NCBI RefSeq assembly: GCF_000008645.1 | Contig: NC_000916.1 | Coordinates: forward strand, 660,001 to 692,000 | Length of the DNA stretch: 32,000 nt | Source of the DNA: Methanothermobacter thermautotrophicus str. Delta H | Lineage (GTDB): Archaea > Methanobacteriota > Methanobacteria > Methanobacteriales > Methanothermobacteraceae | Direction of reading: 5' to 3' | In this document: positions 1 through 8,235 of the stretch, in pieces | Layout: the number at the start of each line of letters is the position of its first letter | Position numbering within the stretch: position 1 is the first letter of the stretch | Made by a program: the position numbers and the translations under genes | Notes under the pieces: generated by a model | Database searches by the model: none | The model's input: only the letters and a program-made list of their open reading frames with translations | What the model was told of the DNA's origin: nothing

Positions 1-1046
1 AGGAGTTCAATATCGACCTCCTCTGCAAGGGCCATTCCTGAGGTGTGTATCTTGAGTATCTCCCTTCTACCATCCTCATTTGGTAGAGGTACCTCAATGA
101 ACCTGTCAAATCTTCCTGGACGGAGGAGTGCCGGGTCAAGTATGTCTGGTCTGTTGGTTGCTGCAACTATACCGACATTACCCCTTGATTCGAATCCATC
201 AAGCTCTGCAAGGAGCTGCATGAGTGTCCTCTGAACCTCCCTGTCACCGCTTGTTGAACTCTTAAGCCTCTTGGCTGCCACGGCGTCAATTTCGTCTATG
301 AATATTATGCTCGGGGATTTCTCCTTGGCCAGCTCAAAGACTCCCCTCACGAGCCTTGCGCCCTCACCTATGTATTTCCTGACGAACTCTGATGCAACTA
401 TCTTTATGAATGTTGCATTGGTCTCATGGGCGACGGCCTTTGCCAGGAGTGTTTTACCTGTACCAGGTGGTCCATAGAGGAGTACGCCCTTGGGTGGCTC
501 TATACCTATCTTTTCAAAGAGTTCCGGTTTTTTGAGCGGTAATTCAACTGTCTCCTTGACCTCGCGTACCTGTTCCTCAAGGCCACCTATCTGCTCATAG
601 GAGACATCTGGTTTTTCCTCGACTTCCATGCCCGTCACAACGGGGTCCTTCTCAGATGGAAGTACATCCACTATGCTGAAGGTCTGCTGGTTCAGTGCAA
701 CCCTTGCACCGGGCTCCAGCTGCTTTCTATCTATGAATCTTGAATAATTTATTACGAAGTGGGGTCCGGTTGTACTCTTAACTGCGACCCTGTGATCATC
801 AAGAACCTCTGTTACTGTGGCTATGACCAGTGGAGGGGTTCTGAACCTTTCGATTTCACCACGAAGGGATTTAACTTCCCTGTCAAGCCTTGTCCTCTCA
901 TTTTCAATTAAAAGTTTGTCCTTCTCAAGTTTTCTGATTTTCCACATCAGATTTCTTTTTGTCTTGGAGTTTTCCTCTTTAAGCATTCTAACTTCTTTTT
1001 TGAGGTCCTCAATCTTTTTTAATACATTCTGGGAGTTATTTTCCAT
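1..1046 (-). CDS. pan: Proteasome-activating nucleotidase (PAN), AAA+ ATPase; C-terminus lies outside the window
   Basis: My own translation of the minus strand is open from ATG (1046..1044) to the window edge. It is absent from the ORF track because it has no stop in the window. N-terminal coiled coil [28 protein letters not shown]; Walker [16 protein letters not shown]; Walker [11 protein letters not shown]; [21 protein letters not shown]. Confidence 0.9.
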   Translation of the reverse strand, partial: MENNSQNVLKKIEDLKKEVRMLKEENSKTKRNLMWKIRKLEKDKLLIENERTRLDREVKSLRGEIERFRTPPLVIATVTEVLDDHRVAVKSTTGPHFVINYSRFIDRKQLEPGARVALNQQTFSIVDVLPSEKDPVVTGMEVEEKPDVSYEQIGGLEEQVREVKETVELPLKKPELFEKIGIEPPKGVLLYGPPGTGKTLLAKAVAHETNATFIKIVASEFVRKYIGEGARLVRGVFELAKEKSPSIIFIDEIDAVAAKRLKSSTSGDREVQRTLMQLLAELDGFESRGNVGIVAATNRPDILDPALLRPGRFDRFIEVPLPNEDGRREILKIHTSGMALAEEVDIEL

Positions 1047-1098
1047 GATTTTAGAACACTCCTATTTAAATTTTGTTGTATACTATCTTGTTTCTAGT

Positions 1099-1112
1099 AA
1101 TATTTAAATATT
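1099..1112. promoter_or_regulatory. Perfectly palindromic TATA-like element AATATTTAAATATT in the pan/mbf1 divergent intergenic region
   Basis: The 14-bp sequence is its own reverse complement. It lies about 50-58 nt from both divergent ATGs (1046 and 1153). A second TATA-like run, tataaaataaaa, is at 1130-1141. Confidence 0.35.
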
Positions 1113-1152
1113 GGGGTGGGATAAATCTAGTATAAAATAAAAAGGGATCTTC

Positions 1153-1620
1153 ATGAGATGCGAGATTTGCGGTAAAAAGATTGTTGGAAAACCTTTAAAG
1201 ACAAAAATCGATAGTTCAGTCATGGAAGTATGCAGGGAATGCTCAAAGTTCGGTAAAATCATCAGAGAACCCACAACACCCCGTAAAAAAAGTTTCAGGA
1301 AGCCCCAGAAAAGGTCCAGGAGACCCATGGATACCGTGTACGAGGTCGTTGAGGACTACGGAAGGATCATAAGAACTGAAAGGGAGAAGAGGGACTGGTC
1401 AAGGGAGGATCTCGCTGAGAGGATCAACGAGAAGGTATCCGTCATAAACAGGATTGAATCCGAGAGGATGGAACCCGATATTAAGCTCGCAAGGAAGCTT
1501 GAAAGGCTCCTCAAAATAAAACTCCTTGAAAAATTTGAGGCCGATGATCTGGAGAAATCAGAGGGTGGCGGGTTCCGCGGAGCCACGATAGGTGACATTG
1601 CAAGAATAAAGAGGGGTTAA
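1153..1620 (+). CDS. Archaeal multiprotein-bridging factor 1 (aMBF1): N-terminal zinc ribbon plus XRE-type HTH
   Basis: CEICG...CRECSKFG zinc ribbon, basic linker, then HTH_3-like RTEREKRDWSREDLAERINEKVSVINRIESERMEPDIKLARKLERLL. Confidence 0.8.
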   Translation: MRCEICGKKIVGKPLKTKIDSSVMEVCRECSKFGKIIREPTTPRKKSFRKPQKRSRRPMDTVYEVVEDYGRIIRTEREKRDWSREDLAERINEKVSVINRIESERMEPDIKLARKLERLLKIKLLEKFEADDLEKSEGGGFRGATIGDIARIKRG

Positions 1621-1727
1621 AGTCCCAAAAAAATTATTTCTAAAAATTATTTTAGACACCCACGGCGGATGTTGCAGGAATAAAAATGGATTAAAGTCCA
1701 TTTTCTAAAAATTATTTTAGAATCCCA
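1617..1727. terminator. Duplicated A/T-rich hairpin and oligo-T module between convergent genes (bidirectional terminator region)
   Basis: Two copies of ttaaagtcc...ttctaaaaattattttaga (19-mer at 1638-1656 and 1703-1721). The 19-mer holds a 7-8 bp inverted repeat, tctaaaa/ttttaga. A further hairpin, aaaatggat-taaa-gtccatttt, is at 1683-1704. Flanked by A and T runs. Confidence 0.5.
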
Positions 1728-1746
1728 TTTCATCCGAATTTTCTCT

Positions 1747-2097
1747 TCAACTACCCTTATGGGAATAGTATCCCCTGAGGACCCTCAGACCGCCGAACAT
1801 CTCCCTGAGGTCATTGTATTCATCGTATTCACTGCTAACCACTATCACATGTGCCGGGGGGTGTATCCTTCTGATGGCCATTATGCTTCTGGTGTCATCC
1901 TCCTCCACCTCAACGGCTGCCGCCACAGAGGACTTCATGCGGAGTTCCCCGAGTATGGATGATGCCATCCTGTCTGCAATATCATTCCTCAGAATCCTGG
2001 GTTTTCCACGGACCTTAAGGCCGGCATGCCTTTCAAGGTCCGCTATGGCGTTCAGAATTTTTTTCCTGCTATCTGCCCTCAGAATTATTAGAGACAC
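1747..2097 (-). CDS. Small conserved hypothetical protein (116 aa), last gene of the 3801->1747 operon
   Basis: GTG start 3 nt after the TAA stop of the upstream gene. No TM segment or motif I recognise. Codon usage looks native. Confidence 0.5.
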   Translation of the reverse strand: MSLIILRADSRKKILNAIADLERHAGLKVRGKPRILRNDIADRMASSILGELRMKSSVAAAVEVEEDDTRSIMAIRRIHPPAHVIVVSSEYDEYNDLREMFGGLRVLRGYYSHKGS

Positions 2098-2100
2098 GTT

Positions 2101-3358
2101 TTAACCCCTTCTGAATGAACTTATAAGGCTGCTCCTGAAGAGGACGAGGAGCACCATGATGAATCCCAGTGCCGTCTGGATGTTACCGAGTATCTCAAGG
2201 AGCCCTGAACTAACGGGCAGTTCCATCGGAGGGGCTGTCCTATCATCTGGTAGGGGTGTGTAGTAGACACCTACAGCCCTTGAACTTGGCTTCACATTTA
2301 TGTCCTTTGGCTCCACATAGTTGACTCCCACAAGGAACCCATTCTTTATGGCCCTGTTTATGGATCTGGCTATTGCCTCTGCACTGTAACCGTTCTTCTT
2401 CACCGATGCCCTTACAATCTCCTGGGTTGTCTGAACAACACCGGCCTCCTCTGTCCCGTAGACCGAGACAGATACAGAGCCGTTGGTCACGGTTATGGCG
2501 TCCTTGAGAGCCTCATATGCATAGATAACCTTTAACTTGCTGCCATCCACCGGACAGGTCTGGTAGTTCTCTGCAGCAGGGTACCCTATGCTCCAGCCAC
2601 ACTCATCGCATACCTTGACGTAGGGTTCATCCATTGGGTAACCGGTCTCATTGAGGTCCGCTGGTGTGAACATGTCCCCTGTGGATACCCCTGAGACAAG
2701 GTTAACTGCACCACCACCATACTTTTCACCGGCGTCCTTTGAAACCTCCTCAAAGACCTTTCCCACGATGTAAGTGGCAGAGTAGCCGTCCCTTATCATC
2801 TTACCTATGTTAACGGCTGTCTCCTGACGTACACGGGTTGCTGTACCATACTTGGGGTTTCCATGCGTGTTCCTCAGGTGTATTATGGCTCCCCTCTTAC
2901 CTGGAGGAAGAACCGCAAGACCCCCAGAGTAGGGTGTAACTGTTATGGTACCGTCATCCTCCACGATAACCACGTAGGCATCGAAGGAACCACCCACAGC
3001 TGCACCTATGCTGGGACCTCCGCACATGACCCTGATTCCCTGGTAACTGTTGGCTGCTGATGCCGCCTCAGCCGCTGTTGCACCATTCTCCAGGCGGTTT
3101 ATAACGTCCATTATTGCCATGAGCCTCGGTGTTGAATGCACCTTCACCACCTGAGAGGACAGCGAACCTCTTCTCCTTGGACATGAGGAAGGTTGACTGG
3201 AACATGTTCTGGGCGAAGGACATACTCCCGGCTGCAGCACCATTAGGATCCGCTCCTGTGGGGTCTGTGATTACAATAACGTTCATTGTGGCGGATACCG
3301 GACCTATAAGCAGGTTGAAGATGAATATGAGAGCTAACAGTCTACCGAGCCTGTTCAT
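2101..3358 (-). CDS. Exported, C-terminally membrane-anchored protein of unknown function (about 419 aa); reading frame broken by an apparent 1-nt indel near 3120-3140
   Basis: ORF-track fragments 3068..3358 (96 aa) and 2101..3243 (380 aa) overlap in frames offset by one nt. The upstream fragment has a signal peptide, MNRLGRLLALIFIFNLLIGPVSA. Sensible sequence ends at ...LSGGEGAFNT in one frame and resumes at RLMAIMDVINRLENG... in the other. The C-terminal hydrophobic anchor is ALGFIMVLLVLF followed by basic residues. ATGA start/stop overlap with the upstream gene at 3358. Total span is 1258 nt, not a multiple of 3. Confidence 0.6.
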
Positions 3359-3801
3359 CAGCCCACTCCCCCTGTTCTGTTGGTAACTTTAACCGTGGCG
3401 AAGTCCTCGATAACATTAACAGTGACTATGCCTGTTCTGGTGTCCACCTTCACATCAGCGGCTGCTATGGGCGTTACACGGGTGCCGGGAATTGTTGTCA
3501 TCTTAACAAACTTCTCGGCATTCTCCATCGCCTCTGAAAGGGGAACCTTTCTCTTGGAGGTTACAAGCACCTCTCCCTTTATGTAGCTTCCGGGCCGGAA
3601 ACCCGCAGCATATACATTTGCTTTTATGGAGGACAGTGGAACTATATCGTTACCCTTAACTATGACACCTGCTATTGGAACTCCACCTGTATCCTCCATT
3701 GATGATGCGTAGGCAAGATAGGTCATAGCACGACCTGAGAGGATCAGGATGAATGCCAGCAGGAGTATCACGAGGGTATCCCTTCTGATCTTTATGAGCA
3801 T
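3358..3801 (-). CDS. Bitopic membrane protein (147 aa): N-terminal TM helix plus extracytoplasmic beta-rich domain
   Basis: TM segment TLVILLLAFILILSG. RBS AAAGGTGA sits 6 nt before the ATG. Stop overlaps the next start (ATGA). The ectodomain pattern IAGVIVKGNDIVPLSSI ... ADVKVDTRTGIVTVNVIED resembles POTRA/FtsQ-type domains by pattern only. Confidence 0.65.
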   Translation of the reverse strand: MLIKIRRDTLVILLLAFILILSGRAMTYLAYASSMEDTGGVPIAGVIVKGNDIVPLSSIKANVYAAGFRPGSYIKGEVLVTSKRKVPLSEAMENAEKFVKMTTIPGTRVTPIAAADVKVDTRTGIVTVNVIEDFATVKVTNRTGGVG

Positions 3802-3862
3802 AACAGTTCACCTTTAACTGCGTTTCATCACAGTTACTGAATAGTTAGTTCTCTGACTCCAT

Positions 3863-3872
3863 CTTTATAAAG
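3863..3872 (-). promoter_or_regulatory. TATA-box candidate (ctttataaag) for the 3801->1747 operon
   Basis: This is the only strong TATA-like element in the 194-bp gap between the Mur ligase stop (3996) and the ATG at 3801. It lies about 65 nt upstream of that ATG. Confidence 0.35.
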
Positions 3873-3995
3873 ATTGACCACAGAAATGAACATCCATCCA
3901 ATGCAGAGCTGAAACCGGACCCCCTGAATCCACCGCAGAGATGGACTCCCGATCACGGCTGAGACCAGGAACCGTTACAAGCTGCGATACAGTAG

Positions 3996-5404
3996 TCACA
4001 TCCTGATCTCATCTATTATCCCTGCAGCCGGGTCCATTCCCTGGGCTCCGAGGAGGAGGATGGTATCATGGGGTTTCGCGGCATCCAGCACCATCCTCAG
4101 GGCGTCCCTGAGTTTCTCCACGTGGATGTAGGATGCACCCCTCTCATCAAGGACCCCAAGGAATGCTCTTCTCTCATTTTCAAGTACCCTGTTCTGTTCA
4201 TCAACAACGTCACTGCTTGAGGTTACTATGAGTTCTGCATTGAGGCCCCTGAGGGAATCTGCAAGGGCGGCTGCGTTCATCACATTTATATCCTCTCCAC
4301 GGGAGCCCCTGATGGCATTCACCACCCACAGCCTCCCCCTGAGATTCGCTGCAGCGCTCCTCACGGTGAACCTGATACCTGAGGGGTTGTGGGCGAAGTC
4401 GTCTATGACAAGGGGCTCAGTCATGAGGACCGAAAACCTCCTCTTGAGGGGCCTGTATGTTTTAACACCCATCCTTATGTCCTCGGGGGAGAAGCCCAGT
4501 TCCAGACATGCTGCAGCGGCAGCCAGGGTGTTCTGTATGAAGTGCTCACTCCTGAAGGGGAGTTCCTCTGCAGGGATTATGAGGTCCCCTCCAATGTGGA
4601 TGCCCTCCCCATCATACCTCACAGGGGAGTCCGAGCCGTAAAAGACCACACTGAGACCCGGGTTCACATGGGCCATTGCCCTCACACGTTCATCGTCGGC
4701 ATTGAGTACAGCCACCCCAGATTCGATGGCCCTCAGGGCCCCTGCTACCTCCCTGAAGACATCTTCCACAGATTCAACAAGTCCTATATGGTCCATTGCA
4801 ACGTTTGTTATGACGACCACCTCAGGCCCTATGGCTGCGGTCATCATGCGGGCGTGGTCCCTCATGACCCTTCCAAGCCACCCCTGCACCTCTGAGACCT
4901 CTATAACCATGAATTCAGGTGCCCCATCAGATGAGGCCTCGGCTATCTGCTGTGATACCACAGGGTCTATGAGGGTGTTGAACTCTGACCTTGAATCTGT
5001 GTTTGTGTAGGATGAAGCACCGGTGGTCTCTATTATATGATGGATCATGTGGGTTGTGGTGGACTTCCCATTGGTACCCGTGACCACAACCCTTCTGGAG
5101 GAGGGGGCGAATCGCTCTATTGTCCAGGAGAGTGCAAGGGCATTTGCATTCTCAATCCTGTCAACGAGGATAACCGGGAGCCCGTGCTCTTCGGCTAGCC
5201 TGGAAGACTTTCCCCGGAGATCCTGGGTTATGATGGCGGATACACCCCTTTCTGAGGCGATTTCAATGCCCTTCTCATCGATCCAGTGTCTTATAACAAT
5301 GTCACCTGCTTCAGCAGCTCCAAGGGTCGTGAATATCCCCGAAATGCTCTATCTGGACCTTTGAGTCTTCCTGAAATCTTATCTGCGATTTCATGGAGAT
5401 ACAT
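3996..5404 (-). CDS. Mur-ligase family peptide ligase (pseudomurein-type MurE/F-like); frame broken by an apparent 1-nt deletion near 5337-5348
   Basis: P-loop VTGTNGKST, central and C-terminal Mur ligase domains (DDFAHNP, LLLGAQG). The track ORF starts at GTG 5087, but the same frame stays open and domain-like upstream to 5348 (ISGIFTTLGAAEAGDIVIRHW...AIITQDL...). A different frame supplies ATG 5404 with RBS GGTGAAGG and a typical N-terminus, MYLHEIADKISGRLKGPD. Span is 1409 nt, one short of a multiple of 3. Confidence 0.8.
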
Positions 5405-5416
5405 GACCTTCACCCA

Positions 5417-6472
5417 TCAGAGGATACTCCCTGTCATGTAGAGTCCCAGTGCACAGACAATCAGTGTTATGAGCCAGTAGAGGAGCACTATCCTCCTCTC
5501 GGACATCCCACGGTAGTGGAGTGTGTGGTGCAGCGGTTCAACCGGGAGTCTTATAACCCCTGCACGGTGGAGGAGGCTCACGATAACCGAGACCACAGGC
5601 ACTGCTATTGCAAGGACACCGAAGTAAACCGTGTCTGTGAGCATCACTGCAGTTGCATAGCCTGCCCCCAGGGCAAATGAACCGGTATCACCCATGAATA
5701 TGCTCGCGGGGTGTCTGTTGAATACGAGGAACCCGGCACACATCCCGGCCAGTGCCAGGAAGGGCAGGGCCTGACCCGATAGGCCAAGGAAAATTGCGCA
5801 GGATAAGGATGCTATGAGCATTATCCCGGCTGCCATCCCATCCATTCCATCTATGAGGTTAACTGCGTTTATGGCCCCCACCATACCTGCTATGGCGATG
5901 GGTGCGGCTGCAAGACCCAGGTAGAACCCTCCGAGCTTACCAACAGCTCCTGAGAGTACAAGGAAGACACCTATCAGTAGCTGGGCCAGTATCTTCTCAC
6001 CCTCACTCACCTCATTCTTTATTGGAGCCTCACCAACCACCTCAACAAGTCCCTCAGAGAGCAGAGCCTCAACATCCCTCTTTGCCTTGTCTGTTGCCGC
6101 CCTTGCCTCCTCTCCGGGCTTCAGTACAAGCTGGCCAACCTCCAGGGGCCCTTCAGATACGTTCCTTATTATCCTCTGGACCTCCTTCACCTTGAGGCCC
6201 AGAAGGTCATCCAGAAGGCCTACAATTGCTGCTGTGAGGACTATGAGTGATGTCAGGACGAGGTAGGGGTTGTTTCGATAGAGTACCGTTACAAGGAGGA
6301 GAGCCAGTAGCATCCCAAGCCCCCCCATTGTAGGTGTTCCTGCCTTGTGGCTGTGCTCAGTGACTATTGGTTTATCACCGATATCCGCACTCCTCAGAAT
6401 GTTCCTTATAAAGAGCGTGAATACTGCAGCTGAAACAGTGCTTATAATGAAAACCATCAAAAACTCCATCAT
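5417..6472 (-). CDS. MraY-like polyprenyl-phosphate phospho-sugar(-peptide) transferase (glycosyltransferase family 4)
   Basis: Polytopic membrane protein with MraY/WecA signatures: VGLLDDLLGLK, NAVNLIDGMDGMAAG, FMGDTGSFALGA. Start overlaps the stop of the upstream ATP-grasp gene in that gene's corrected frame. Confidence 0.85.
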   Translation of the reverse strand: MMEFLMVFIISTVSAAVFTLFIRNILRSADIGDKPIVTEHSHKAGTPTMGGLGMLLALLLVTVLYRNNPYLVLTSLIVLTAAIVGLLDDLLGLKVKEVQRIIRNVSEGPLEVGQLVLKPGEEARAATDKAKRDVEALLSEGLVEVVGEAPIKNEVSEGEKILAQLLIGVFLVLSGAVGKLGGFYLGLAAAPIAIAGMVGAINAVNLIDGMDGMAAGIMLIASLSCAIFLGLSGQALPFLALAGMCAGFLVFNRHPASIFMGDTGSFALGAGYATAVMLTDTVYFGVLAIAVPVVSVIVSLLHRAGVIRLPVEPLHHTLHYRGMSERRIVLLYWLITLIVCALGLYMTGSIL

Positions 6473-7568
6473 ATCACCTGCCTTCTGTGTACATCAAGAT
6501 CACCAAGTTTTTTAATGACCAGTTCAAGCAGTTCAGGATCATTGGCCCCCACAGTTACCCTCATATGGTTCCTCGGGCCGTGAAGCACCCATCTTGTCCC
6601 ATCTGGCATGAAGGACTCCAGGTCCCGGGGTTACCTATGGGTATCTCAACAGCATAATGGTTCTTCCTCCTGATTTCACCAGGTTTCCAGTTTCCTGCTG
6701 CCATGTCCACAAGGCAGTGCATGGGATTTATCTCTGTTGCCGCCTCTGAGATGTACCTGGTCCCGCTTGGGCGTGTATTGACCTCTATGGCATAGAGTTT
6801 TCCATCCTCCGAGACTATCATGTCAACATCGGTGTTACCCTCCGCACCAAGGAGTTCTGTGACTTCTGAAGCCATTGCAAGGGCCTCCATTCCATCGAAT
6901 CCCCTGATAATAGCGGGGGCCCTCTTCACCTTCCTCAGGGGGTGCAGTCCGTCCATCCTTGTGTCTCCCTTATCAACGGCCACCAGGGGGAGGGTTTCAT
7001 CATTCCATCGGAGTACCTCAACGGATATTTCACGGCCCTGTATGTATTCCTCCATGAGGGCATGGTCATGGGCGTGGAGATATTCCCTGACATCAGAAGG
7101 GGTGGCTGCGACCATCACGCCTGAACCGCCCTGTCCCTCCCTCTGCTTGAGAACCACCGGCATTTCAGTTACATCCTCCGGTGAATCGATTAAATCGTAT
7201 TCCGGCGTTCTTATCCTGTTTCTGGAGAAGAACTCCTTGGTTTTAAATTTATCTGTGGATATCTCAGCAGCCTCCGGCCCTGATGCAACCACCGGCACTC
7301 CGTAGTCAGCCTCAAGTTTCTCCTTGAGCCAGGCCACATCCCTGAGGGGTCCGTCGACACCTATCAGGGGTACCACCGCATCAACGTCCTCCCTGAGGGC
7401 TATTTCCAGAGGGCCCTCCATGCCCCTGGGCACTATGTGGTATGAATCGGCGAGTTCAAGGTTTGGGGCGTCTGGATTTGACTCGGAGAGAATGGTGGTC
7501 ACACCCATCGCTGAGGCGTACTCTGCAACGTCATTGAAGAGTCTTGAACCTATGAACAGAATCCTCAT
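6469..7568 (-). CDS. ATP-grasp (carbamoyl-phosphate-synthase-like / Ddl-like) ligase; C-terminal frame broken at the cccgggg run 6624-6630
   Basis: ATP-grasp motifs VVLKQREGQGGSGVMV, MEEYIQGREISVEVL, YAIEVNTRPSGT. The track ORF (6561..7577) ends in an odd tail, PGTWSPSCQMGQDGCFTARGTI. The -1 frame opens immediately after a TAA at 6631-6633. It reads PRDLESFMPDGTRWVLHGPRNHMRVTVGANDPELLELVIKKLGDLDVHRRQVI and stops at 6469-6471, overlapping the MraY-like ATGATG. The likely start is ATG 7568 (RBS GAGTGAT) rather than GTG 7577. Confidence 0.75.
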
Positions 7569-7615
7569 GATGATCACTCAAAAAAATCAAGGACTGGTTT
7601 ACTCTTTGGTGGGAT

Positions 7616-7626
7616 CTTATAAAAAC
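7616..7626 (-). promoter_or_regulatory. TATA-box candidate (minus-strand gtttttataag) for the ATP-grasp / MraY-like / Mur ligase operon
   Basis: A/T-rich box about 50 nt upstream of ATG 7568, in the 133-bp gap after the hydrogenase protease gene. Confidence 0.35.
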
Positions 7627-7710
7627 TTAATCTTGACCGGTTCAGGTAAAATTCATCCAGAATTCTCAATACCCTCAAAATACAGGGCTGATTGAATTCA
7701 ACCCTAAAAA

Positions 7711-8217
7711 TCATCCGCAGCTTCCAAAGTCATCAAGGGCAGAGATTATCATCCCTGCGAGGTCATGTACAGCGTCTTCAACCGCGGGTGAGAGTCCAGT
7801 CCCAAATTCAAGGTTTTCTGGCTGTACACCCATGAGGGCAATCCTGTAAGCACCCTGATCCTCAAGGTACCTCACAAGGAAGGATAGGGGCATGGCATGG
7901 GTGGATATGCTGTACTCTGATATACTATCCCTCTCAATGAGCCTTACGGTTCCCGGCTCCTCTCTCATCTCAACAGCGTCCACAATCAGTATGTGGCTCG
8001 GTCTTTCGGAGCGTATTTTTCCTGTGAAGTTTTCAGGCACCGTGCCCGCATTGATAACGAGATGGCCCCTCTCCTCCATTGCCTCCTGGATGAGGGACGC
8101 CAGGTATGGGCCAAGGCCATCATCGGACCTCAATTCATTCCCGACTGTGAGGACGAGGAGCCTTCTGCAGTCAGTGAGAAAATCACTCAGAAGCCGCTTC
8201 AACGTGATAGAAACCAC
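7711..8217 (-). CDS. [NiFe]-hydrogenase maturation endopeptidase (peptidase A31; HycI/HybD/FrhD-like)
   Basis: GNELRSDDGLGPYL motif, a conserved acidic residue in ILIVDAV, and STHAMPL near the C-terminal third. Size is 168 aa. The GTG start is uncertain; TTG 8202 is an alternative. Confidence 0.8.
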   Translation of the reverse strand: MVSITLKRLLSDFLTDCRRLLVLTVGNELRSDDGLGPYLASLIQEAMEERGHLVINAGTVPENFTGKIRSERPSHILIVDAVEMREEPGTVRLIERDSISEYSISTHAMPLSFLVRYLEDQGAYRIALMGVQPENLEFGTGLSPAVEDAVHDLAGMIISALDDFGSCG

Positions 8218-8235
8218 CAGAAATAATCAGATAAA

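Noticed and set aside
43-1107. Plus-strand ORFs 43..234, 271..477 and 817..1107 from the track
   Set aside because: They are antisense to a continuous, motif-rich PAN AAA ATPase frame. Their products are Ser/Leu/Pro-rich low-complexity sequence with no RBS.
1617-1727. Possible CRISPR-like repeats (also 9597-9681)
   Set aside because: Only two copies are present at each site. The repeats are A/T-rich and sit in promoter or terminator contexts, there is no regular repeat-spacer periodicity, and no cas genes are in the window.
3061-3243. N-terminal 60 residues of the 380-aa track ORF (MVLQPGVCPSPRTCSSQPSS...)
   Set aside because: Pro/Ser/Arg-rich nonsense with no RBS. The overlapping frame encodes a signal peptide and sensible sequence, so this is read-through upstream of a frameshift, not a real N-terminus.
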